From a virus, in IMG/VR virus record IMGVR_UViG_3300044699_000032, positions 3,220 through 67,219 of that record: 64,000 nt of DNA, one strand, 5' to 3'. The first letter of the stretch is position 1, and each line of letters starts with the position of its first letter. The position numbers were made by a program, and so were the translations under genes. Below, in pieces: positions 8,917 through 16,279 of this stretch. Below the pieces are notes generated by a model, which worked only from the letters and a program-made list of their open reading frames with translations, had not been told where the DNA came from and searched no databases.

Positions 8917-9141
8917 TTGGCAATGAGCGCCGAGCTATCGAGACAATATGAAACAATCATCCTGTTGTTCCTGCGGGGCAAAATCAGCCGCGAAGAACGC
9001 AACGCCAGGATCATTGCGCTGCGCGATCATCCCTCCGCGCAAGACATGTCATTCGAGCAACGTGATGCGTTGGCCAAGCACGCCCTTGAGCGCGTGATAG
9101 ACATACTCGACGAGGTTCATTTCGAAGGAGGTTGGCAATGA
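8917..9141 (+). CDS. small hypothetical early protein
   Basis: 74-aa ORF after AGGAGG. No repressor HTH or S24 peptidase motif seen. Confidence 0.6.
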   Translation: MAMSAELSRQYETIILLFLRGKISREERNARIIALRDHPSAQDMSFEQRDALAKHALERVIDILDEVHFEGGWQ

Positions 9142-9302
9142 GTCAGGGTAAAAGTAGCGGTAACCAAGCCGGCATTGTTTCCGAAGCGCGCACTGGGCGG
9201 ATGGCGCGAGTTGCAGTCAAGATGAAGCGGCCTGATCCTAACGGGAATCGGCGGTCGCGCCGAGCCTATGTCTCACTGCACAAAATCAGAGTGAAGAAAT
9301 AA
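9138..9302 (+). CDS. small basic hypothetical protein (54 aa)
   Basis: Hand-translated MSQGKSSGNQAGIV...IRVKK*, with an AGGAGG RBS and an ATGA overlap. Confidence 0.5.
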   Translation: MSQGKSSGNQAGIVSEARTGRMARVAVKMKRPDPNGNRRSRRAYVSLHKIRVKK

Positions 9303-9306
9303 CCCC

Positions 9307-9486
9307 ATGACTGAGGAAAAATATCTCGGCGACGGGCTCTGGGCCAGCTTCGACGGCTTCATGATCAAGTTGCGCGCGCCGCGTGAGAACGGCACTCACA
9401 AAGTTTATCTGGAGCCGCTGACATTTGAGGCGTTGCTCGAATACGCGGTGCAGGTCGGCTTGCTCGAAAAGGAAACGCCGGCATGA
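9307..9486 (+). CDS. small phage protein (MTEEKYLGDGLWASFDGFMIKLRAPR...VYLEP)
   Basis: Hand-translated 59-aa ORF. The YLGDG..FDG..YLEP pattern recurs in phage hypotheticals. Confidence 0.65.
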   Translation: MTEEKYLGDGLWASFDGFMIKLRAPRENGTHKVYLEPLTFEALLEYAVQVGLLEKETPA

Positions 9487-9559
9487 TGTTCGAACGCGAC
9501 CGCTCCACAGCCGCGCTTGAACTTGTCGCGCTCATGCTTGTGCTCGCGAACATCGTCGC

Positions 9560-9925
9560 ATGGTTCGAAATCGTCGGGAGGATGATGAGATGATGGGGAG
9601 AAAGCCTGCTACCAAATCCGCGAAGATCAGCCTCGCTGATATCGCCCGATCGCTCAACATGTCGCCCAAGACTGCGCGTCGCAAGATGCGCGCCTACTGG
9701 CATGGACAGCGGCAAGGCGGCTGGACGTTCGACGCATCGAAGCGCAAGGAAATCGTCGCGGTGCTGGAGGGGAAAATGTCATTCACCGTTCTTGAACTGA
9801 TCGCCGTCGAGGCGGCATTGGAGTTTGTGCATAAGGTCGGCAGCTTCGACGAATGGCCGAAATTTCAATGGGACGCCTTGCGACGGGCAGAGGCGAAGAT
9901 CAAGCGGTTCACGGGAGTCGCGTGA
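9560..9925 (+). CDS. small HTH DNA-binding protein, possibly two fused ORFs
   Basis: ISLADIARSLNMSPKTARRKMR HTH-like motif. The true start is probably near 9590. Confidence 0.55.
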   Translation: MVRNRREDDEMMGRKPATKSAKISLADIARSLNMSPKTARRKMRAYWHGQRQGGWTFDASKRKEIVAVLEGKMSFTVLELIAVEAALEFVHKVGSFDEWPKFQWDALRRAEAKIKRFTGVA

Positions 9926-9929
9926 TGAA

Positions 9930-10820
9930 ATGCGGGAAACGCTGATGATCACCGAGCCCGGTTTTTACCCCGACATGCCGATCGAGGAATATCATTCGGA
10001 CCCGTGTCCGAAGCCGTCGCTGAATCAATCGCTGGCGAAGGTGTTGCTCGACAAGTCGCCGTTGCACGCTTGGTATCAGCATCCAAGGCTCAATCCGAAT
10101 TACGAGCGCAATACCGATAAACAGTTTGATCTCGGCACGGCCGCGCACGCGATGCTGATCGGGCGAGGCAAGGAAATCGTACCGATACCGTTTGACAACT
10201 GGCTAACGAAGGCGGCCAAGGAAGCGCGCGAGGAAGCCGCGTTGGCCGGCAAGCAAGCTGTGCTGCAATCGCAGTATGAGCGCGCGGCTGAAATGGTCGC
10301 CACCGCCCTCTTGCAACTCGACGCGCGCGGCCTGTCCGGCTTGTTCAATTCGAAGCTCGGTGCCGGCGAACTCGTCATGGCCTGGGAAGAGTCCGGCGTA
10401 TGGCTTAGGCAGATGGTCGATTGGCTCACTGCCGATGAACTGACGTTCGTCGATTACAAATCGACCAATCTGAACTCTGCCCCGCAAAATCTCGGTCGCA
10501 TCATGCATAGCGCGGGCTGGCCGATCCAAGCTGCAATGGCTCGTCGTGGGCTGGACGTATTGTCACCAGACACCACGGGGCGGCGGCACTATCTGTTTAT
10601 TCTTCAAGAGACAGTGCCGCCGCACGCTTTGCAAGTTTGCGAGATGTCCGAAGCCGTGCAAACGATGGGCAGGAAGATGCTCGCCGTGGCGGTTGAGATT
10701 TGGGAACGGTGCATGGCCGAAAATAACTGGCCTGCTTATCCGTTGCAAATCCAGCGTCCCGAGTTGCCCGCATGGGCAGAAAACGAATGGCTCGCAAGAG
10801 AGATCGAGCGCGAGACATGA
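9930..10820 (+). CDS. RecE/ExoVIII-like PD-(D/E)XK exonuclease (DUF3799-like)
   Basis: PGFYPDMPIEEYHSDP...SLNQSLAK...SPLHAW...FDLGTAAH...VDWL...VDYKST...GWPIQAAM...FILQET. Confidence 0.85.
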   Translation: MRETLMITEPGFYPDMPIEEYHSDPCPKPSLNQSLAKVLLDKSPLHAWYQHPRLNPNYERNTDKQFDLGTAAHAMLIGRGKEIVPIPFDNWLTKAAKEAREEAALAGKQAVLQSQYERAAEMVATALLQLDARGLSGLFNSKLGAGELVMAWEESGVWLRQMVDWLTADELTFVDYKSTNLNSAPQNLGRIMHSAGWPIQAAMARRGLDVLSPDTTGRRHYLFILQETVPPHALQVCEMSEAVQTMGRKMLAVAVEIWERCMAENNWPAYPLQIQRPELPAWAENEWLAREIERET

Positions 10821-10833
10821 TCACACTTTACAT

Positions 10834-11023
10834 CGCGGCGCGTCGCGGCGCTCCGCATCGCGCCGCAGCGCATCGCGCCGCGCCTCTCCGCATCGCCTCG
10901 CGACGCAACGCCTCGCGTCTCACCGCCCCGCGCCGCTACGCTTCGCAACGCCACGCACCTCCCCGCGACGCTCCGCTGCTCGCCGCATCGCACCGCAGCG
11001 CATCGCAACGCATCGCATCGCAA
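10834..11023 (+). repeat. pentamer array 1: 38 x (CGC/CTC + NN), putative guide-like ncRNA
   Basis: Unbroken 5-nt phase. NN string: gg gt gg tc at gc ag at gc gc tc at ct ga aa ct gt ac cc gc ta tt aa ca ac cc ga tc tg gc at ac ag at aa at at aa. Followed by a T-rich linker. Confidence 0.95.
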
Positions 11024-11051
11024 GTTTTCGTTTTTGTCCTTTCTTTTTCAC

Positions 11052-11347
11052 CGCGCCGCGTCGCCGCGCAACGCAAGCCCTCGCGGCGCAACGCCTCGCA
11101 TCGCAGCGCACCGCGACGCTACGCTTCTCTACGCCACGCATCTCGCCACGTCGCTGCGCGACTCTTCGCGTCGCTTCGCAGCGCGACGCTACGCAACGCC
11201 CCGCTACTCGGCTCGACTCCCTGCAACGCTTCGCAGCGCAACGCCCCGCTGCGCCACTCTGCTCGACGCCGCGCATCGCATCGCCGCACCCCGCAACTCG
11301 GCTCGGCGCTTCGCAGCGCCACGCACGGCAGCGCAAACGCAACGCAT
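11052..11347 (+). repeat. pentamer array 2: about 59 x (CGC/CTC + NN)
   Basis: Same phase rule. Ends CGCAA-A-CGCAA-CGCAT, then the linker GTTTCATTTGTTTGTATTTT. Confidence 0.95.
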
Positions 11348-11371
11348 GTTTCATTTGTTTGTATTTTCCGG

Positions 11372-11568
11372 CGCATCGCTCTACGCGACGCAACGCCTCG
11401 CCCCGCCGCGCCTCGCGTCGCGACGCCCCTCTCCACCGCTCGACGCACCGCGTCGCAACGCCACGCTTCGCATCGCACCGCAGCGCAACGCCACGCGCCG
11501 CCGCGCACCGCGGCTCTCCACAGCGCTTCGCAGCGCCCCGCAGCGCTTCTCCACGCAACGCAACGCAA
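11372..11568 (+). repeat. pentamer array 3: about 39 units
   Basis: Ends CGCTT CTCCA (CGCAA)3, then the linker GTTTGGTTTGTCAATTTT. Confidence 0.95.
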
Positions 11569-11591
11569 GTTTGGTTTGTCAATTTTGCCCG

Positions 11592-11786
11592 CGCCTCGCA
11601 CCGCGTCTCCCCGCCTCGCTGCGCCCCGCACCGCAACGCAACGCAACGCTCCTCACCGCATCGCAGCGCCACGCCACGCCCCGCGTCTCTCCGCAGCGCC
11701 GCGCAGCTCTGCGCTTCGCAACGCCTCTCTGCGCAGCTCAACTCAGCGCCCCGCATCGCAACGCAACTCGATTCAACCCAACGCAA
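11592..11786 (+). repeat. pentamer array 4: 39 units, abutting the RBS of the RAMP-like gene
   Basis: Contains an internal (CGCAA)3 run. Ends CGCAA immediately before CAGGAG and the ATG at 11800. Confidence 0.95.
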
Positions 11787-11799
11787 CAGGAGAACTAAA

Positions 11800-12387
11800 A
11801 TGCGACAGGTTAAGGTCTTTATCGAAAACATCCCCGGCAGTCCCTATTCGCAATCGGCACAGCACGACGCGCCCATGCTCGATCGCGAAAGTCACGACGA
11901 TTACGACCGCCGGACATGGCGCAAGAAATGCACGGTCGGCCGCGACGGCGTCGTTGCGATCCCGGCCATGGGGCTCAAGCAATGCCTCGACACAGCCGCG
12001 TTCAAACTCGGTTTGAAAGTACCGAACCGACGCGGCGCAACGTACAAATCATTCTTTGCCAGCGGCGTGATCTGCGATAGCGATGTGCCCATCAGCAATG
12101 GGAAGCCGCTCAAGCCGGATGACGCCGAGATGGTCACGATCAGCGCAAGCAGCACGGGCGAACGCGGCGGCGGCAAACGTGTCCCGCGTCGTTTTCCGGT
12201 GTTTGATAAATGGCACGGTGTTGCGAGTTTTACGATTTTGGACGATCTAATTACCGAAGCGATTTTCGAGCACCACTGCAAAACTGCCGGTATGGTCGTT
12301 GGTATTGGTCGCTTCAGACCGGAAAAAGGCGGCACTAACGGCAGATTTAAGGTTTCGAAATTCGAGTGGGCCGATGTAAAAATTTAA
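11800..12387 (+). CDS. stand-alone RAMP/Cas7-like protein (195 aa)
   Basis: AGGAG RBS. N-terminal strand VKVFIENIPGSP; VAIPAMGLKQCL (compare Cas7/Csm3 IPGSSLKG..R); RRFPVFDKWHGVASFTIL; C-terminal Gly-rich loop AGMVVGIGRFRPEKGGTNGRFKV typical of RAMPs. Recognised by eye only. Confidence 0.75.
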   Translation: MRQVKVFIENIPGSPYSQSAQHDAPMLDRESHDDYDRRTWRKKCTVGRDGVVAIPAMGLKQCLDTAAFKLGLKVPNRRGATYKSFFASGVICDSDVPISNGKPLKPDDAEMVTISASSTGERGGGKRVPRRFPVFDKWHGVASFTILDDLITEAIFEHHCKTAGMVVGIGRFRPEKGGTNGRFKVSKFEWADVKI

Positions 12388-12393
12388 CAACGC

Positions 12394-12553
12394 CGCGCCG
12401 CATCGCTTCGCAGCGCAGCGCAACGCCGCGCAACTCGCCGCTTCGCAACGCAACGCAACGCCTCACGGCACCGCTCAACGCGGCTCTCCGCACCGCTCCG
12501 CAGCGCCCCGCAGCGCCGCGCCTCGCATCTCGTCTCCGCGCCACGCATCGCAA
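12394..12553 (+). repeat. pentamer array 5: about 32 units between the two cassette genes
   Basis: Starts a few nt after the RAMP-like stop. Internal (CGCAA)3 run; ends CGCAT CGCAA. Confidence 0.95.
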
Positions 12554-12580
12554 GCCCACTTGATTTTGAAGGAATGTCAA

Positions 12581-13093
12581 ATGGCAAAAACAATGTTTGA
12601 ACGATCCAAAGAAACCGAGCAGCTTATCAATTATCTGCGCTTGAACGACAAGGGCGCACTCGTAACGTACACCGATCTGTCGACGTTGATTGGCGACAAG
12701 GTCGACGCGCGCTATGCAAAACTGATCTCCGCTCGAAAACTTTTGCAGCGCGACCATAATCAGGTTTGGGTTTGCGTACAGCCGCGCGTCGGAGTGCAAC
12801 GACTGACCGACCTCGAAATAGCGGAACGCTTGCCTAAGTTTTGGTTGATGGGCGCGCGTAGCAAGTTGAAGCGCGGCGGCACCCAAGCCGAAGTCGTAGA
12901 GTTACGCCAGCTTGACGCCGATCAACAGACGCGGTTTGGCGTTGATTGCATTCAACGTGAGTTGGCTTTCGACGCCTTGTCGCGCGCGACGCGACGCAAG
13001 ATGGAAAGGGTAGCGCGCGGCACATCCAACGATTTGCCCGCGTTTACGGCGATTGAATGGGCGATCTCTTTAAGCCCGAAGAATCTGAAATGA
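12581..13093 (+). CDS. uncharacterised partner protein (170 aa), possible N-terminal winged helix
   Basis: AAGGA RBS before the ATG at 12581. LINYLRL..KGALVTYTDLSTLIG...ARKLLQRDHNQVWVCVQPRVGVQRL is wHTH-like; the C-terminus is helical. Confidence 0.75.
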   Translation: MAKTMFERSKETEQLINYLRLNDKGALVTYTDLSTLIGDKVDARYAKLISARKLLQRDHNQVWVCVQPRVGVQRLTDLEIAERLPKFWLMGARSKLKRGGTQAEVVELRQLDADQQTRFGVDCIQRELAFDALSRATRRKMERVARGTSNDLPAFTAIEWAISLSPKNLK

Positions 13094-13097
13094 ACAA

Positions 13098-13367
13098 CGC
13101 CGCGCTCCGCGACGCAACGCGACGCCTCGCAACGCGACGCATCGCAGCGCATCACGCCGCCACGCCACGCATCTCACCGCCTCGCGCCGCAGCGCTACTC
13201 GTCGCAGCGCCACTCTCCGCGCCGCATCGCGTCGCGTCGTCCCGCGTCTCGCCGCTTCGCATCGCGTCTCTGCGCCTCGCAGCGCCCCGCCACGCCCCGC
13301 AACGCATCTCCGCGCCCCGCACCGCGGCGCAACGCCCCGCCGCTCTCCGCAGCGCGACGCAACGCAA
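13098..13367 (+). repeat. pentamer array 6: 54 units
   Basis: Unbroken phase. Ends (CGCAA)2, then the linker CGTTTTGGTTTGGCAATTT. Confidence 0.95.
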
Positions 13368-13386
13368 CGTTTTGGTTTGGCAATTT

Positions 13387-13542
13387 CGCGACGCGCCGCA
13401 TCGCCGCTCGCCGCTTCGCCTCGCGTCGCCACGCCTCTCGGCGCTTCGCAGTGCGCCGCCACGCTACGCCACGCCGCGCTGCGCACCTCAACCGCATCGC
13501 TGCGCTCCTCGCCGCTTCTCCACGCCCCGCAACGCAACGCAA
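13387..13542 (+). repeat. pentamer array 7: about 31 units
   Basis: Ends CGCTT CTCCA CGCCC (CGCAA)3, then the linker GTTTTGTTTGGCGATTT. Confidence 0.95.
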
Positions 13543-13564
13543 GTTTTGTTTGGCGATTTCCCAC

Positions 13565-13679
13565 CGCGCCGCATCGCCTCTCATCGCCACGCCGCGCGTC
13601 GCTACGCCCCTCTTCGCGACGCTTCGCGCCGCCACTCTTCGCTGCGCCCCGCTTCTCCACGCCCCGCAACGCAACGCAA
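13565..13679 (+). repeat. pentamer array 8: 23 units
   Basis: The last 30 nt (13650-13679) are identical to the last 30 nt of array 7 (13513-13542). Followed by the RBS of the ATPase gene. Confidence 0.95.
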
Positions 13680-13695
13680 CGTTCTGAGGAATGAT

Positions 13696-14724
13696 ATGAC
13701 CGCACCTGTACGCAAGTTCGAAGACAAGCCGGCGGTTCGTGAGCAAGTTCCAATCTTGGTCGGCTGATGGGGCCGAGTGGAATCGGGCAAGACCTATTCG
13801 GCCCTGCGGCTCGCGACCGGCATTCAGCAAGTGGTCGGCGGGGACATCTATGTCGTCGACAGCGAAGCAAGACGAAGCCTGCACTACGCCGATGATTTCA
13901 AATTCCAACACATCCAGTTTGATCCGCCGTTCGGCTCGCTCGATTATCTCGCGGCCATTCGTCATTGCGTGGCAAAGGGCGCGAAGGTTGTGATCATCGA
14001 CTCGATGTCGCATGAGCACACCGGCCCTGGCGGCTATCTGCAAACGCAAGACGCCGAAGTAGAGCGCATGGCTGGCAACGATATGGCCAAGCGTGAGCGC
14101 GTGAAAATGGCCGCTTGGATCAAGCCGGCGTACCTGCGCGGGCAGATGATCAGCGGCATCCTGCAACTCAATGTCGATTTGATTTTCTGTTTCCGGGCGA
14201 AAGAAAAGATCAAGCCCAAGCCCGGCGGCAATCCGATTGAACTCGGATGGATGCCAATCGCTGGCGACGAACTGCTGTTTGAGATGACAACGAATTGCCT
14301 GTTGTTGCCGAAGGCGGGCGGCGTGCCGACGTGGAGATCGGACCAGATCGGCGAAAAATTAATGATGAAGCTGCCGAAGCAGTTCGAGGCGGTGTTTGAG
14401 AAAAGCAAGCCGCTGGATGAAGAGATTGGCCGCAAGCTTGCCGAGTGGGCGAAGGGCGGTGTGGCTAGGACTGCGCCGGTATCGCCACCGGAGGAAGATT
14501 TTGACCAAGCCGAGATGGACGTCGGTGATGAAGTGGATTCCGATCTGGTCGCGGCGCACATGGAGCGGTGCGCTGCAGCGGCGGCGCGGGGATGGGAGGC
14601 GTTGCGGATTGAATGGGAGAGCACGCCGGACCCGATCGCGGACATCTTGCGGGGGCCGCATTTGCCGCGATGGAAAGCGATAGCAAAGGCGGCGAAGCCT
14701 GCCGGGGAACAGGAGTCCGTGTGA
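13696..14724 (+). CDS. Sak4-like (AAA_24) recombination ATPase, frameshifted near Walker A
   Basis: MTAPVRKFEDKPAVREQVPILVG + LMGPSG.GKTYSALRLATG, YVVDSE, VVIIDSMSHE (Walker B), IFCFRAKEK. Confidence 0.8.
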
Positions 14725-14793
14725 ATGAACGCGATCGTGCTGATCAGCCTGCTGGCGTTCCTGCTAATCGCTTGCCAGATGCCGCTGCGATAG
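14725..14793 (+). CDS. 22-aa hydrophobic peptide with a lipobox-like LIAC
   Basis: Hand-translated MNAIVLISLLAFLLIACQMPLR*, with AGGAG upstream. Starts directly after the ATPase stop. Confidence 0.4.
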   Translation: MNAIVLISLLAFLLIACQMPLR

Positions 14794-14861
14794 GAACCCC
14801 TTGGGCGCGGACGCCCAAGGGTAGGACTTGCGGGGCCTTACGAGCGGCCGGATTTTAGACG

Positions 14862-14890
14862 AAAAAAAAACCCCGGCGAGAAGACCGGGG
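14862..14890 (-). terminator. intrinsic terminator ending the late transcript
   Basis: CCCCGG-loop-CCGGGG stem preceded by A9 on the + strand (U-tract on the - strand), where the two arms converge. Confidence 0.75.
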
Positions 14891-14965
14891 GCTTGGGAGG
14901 CGAAGAAGTTGCGCTACGAATTACATATTGGGCGTTGGTCGCGCCCCTAAACCCTGGAGCTTCAA

Positions 14966-15341
14966 ATGAAACATTCCAAGTTGCCCGACACAATCCCGAC
15001 CGTGCTGCATTACGACGGAGCCAACGGCGGCAATCATACCGGCACTGATGGCGTAAGAGACGTGTTCATGTTGGATGCCAAGCATCTGGTTGCAGGTTTC
15101 GATGGGCTTACGAATTGGGAACCCAGGCGAAGACATCATCGCCATCAGCAATTATGACGGCAAACTCAAAGACCTCTTCCTTACACAGCCATACGAAGCA
15201 GCAGCGTTGAGGATCACCGGCGATAGCCTCGACGTGCTAATCTTCGACACGACCGTGAAGGAAGTGAAATCGATGATCGTCTTCGGCGATCCGTTGCCTT
15301 CATATGAGTTGAGACGGGAGCGTCAGCGTAGCCACGGGTAG
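14966..15341 (+). CDS. hypothetical protein resembling an RTX/T1SS-substrate C-terminal segment, frameshifted
   Basis: Joining 14966..15157 and 15075..15341 gives TGTDGVRDVFML...GFDGLTNWEPGEDIIAISN, similar to G.D.F.F...G.D.I.DF..GED.I.L. Confidence 0.35.
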
Positions 15342-15748
15342 CCGTCGAGTAGCCGAGCAAGCCCGACACCCACACCACGACTGCTATTAGATAAGCAAGG
15401 CGACGACGGCTTGTCCGGCCTTGTAGACCAGTGGATCAATCCCGATCCCGAGCCATTTCAGCACCCACAGAATGCACGCGGCGATCAGGATGATGACCGC
15501 AATGTGCAGCAGCAGGTAAAGGAAACTGACGAGCAGGTTCATGATCACTCTCCTACAGTATCAGCCACACGATCCCTACGACCATGAGAGGCCATCCGAC
15601 TAGCCAGAAACACAACGCTGCGAGTGCACCGTTTTCCATCTTATGGTTCGACCTCCCACAGCCCCGCGCCGTAGCCGACGAGCGCAATGACGATCAGGCC
15701 AAGGATGATCGCGCCGGCGATCCAGACAGTGAGCGGGACTCGGTTCAT
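15330..15748 (-). CDS. three very small membrane-protein ORFs at the end of the lysis cassette (about 15330..15542, 15553..15639, 15641..15748)
   Basis: Hand translations MNLLVSFLYLLLHIAVIILIAACILWVLKWLG..., MENGALAALCFWLVGWPLMVVGIVWLIL* and MNRVPLTVWIAGAIILGLIVIALVGYGAGLWEVEP*. Tightly packed, with RBS-like purine runs before two of them. Confidence 0.55.
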
Positions 15749-15806
15749 GGTGGCACCTTGAACAACATGTGAATCTTTGATTGGTGACGAGGCCACGTCG
15801 TTGCCG

Positions 15807-16279
15807 TTAAGATCGCCTGCGTCTTTCCGGCACGATGCACCGTGATAGAATTTCACGGACGTTCTGCTGTGAATCAAAGATTGATTTCAACAGCGCTTCA
15901 CGCTCGGAAAAGCTGCGCGTGCCCTGCGCGTATAGAATGAACACCACGCCCGCGATGATAGGCGGACTGCACCAGCAGAAACCGGCTGACTAGCCGAGCG
16001 CGGTACTAAGCCGCTTGCAAACTTTTGCGCTTTCCTCGACTGGTCCGGCCATTATCGCTCCCTATTTTTGGCTGACAGCTTGCCATCGCCTTCTCTGTCA
16101 GCCTCTCCCAAATCGCTTGATTATCGGTGAACCGCTTGCCTTGCTCGTGCTGCAACCAAGTTGAAAAGCCGATGTAGAAAATGTTGAACACCGACGAGCG
16201 CCAAGATCATCGGCGTCGTGGTGAGCGACTCGATCAGCGTTCGCGCTGTCGAGCCGGCTTCCTCGACCGGGCCGGGCAT
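15807..16279 (-). CDS. two tandem paralogous holin-like single-TM proteins (starts 16279 and 16052), frameshifted
   Basis: MPGPVEEAGSTARTLIESLTTTPMILALV.FNIFYIG... and MAGPVEESAKV...IIAGVVFILYAQ...EILSRCIVP, directly downstream of the endolysin. Confidence 0.55.

Noticed and set aside
10834-13679. CRISPR array or simple microsatellite
   Set aside because: There are no 25-40-bp identical repeats with unique spacers. The unit is 5 nt with a diverse dinucleotide, unlike a slippage-homogenised microsatellite.
10546-13870. Long Arg/Ala/Ser-rich ORFs on both strands (e.g. 613, 414, 303, 266 and 236 aa)
   Set aside because: By-products of the CGC-NN arrays, which rarely form stop codons in any frame. 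Only 11800..12387 and 12581..13093 have an RBS and globular composition.
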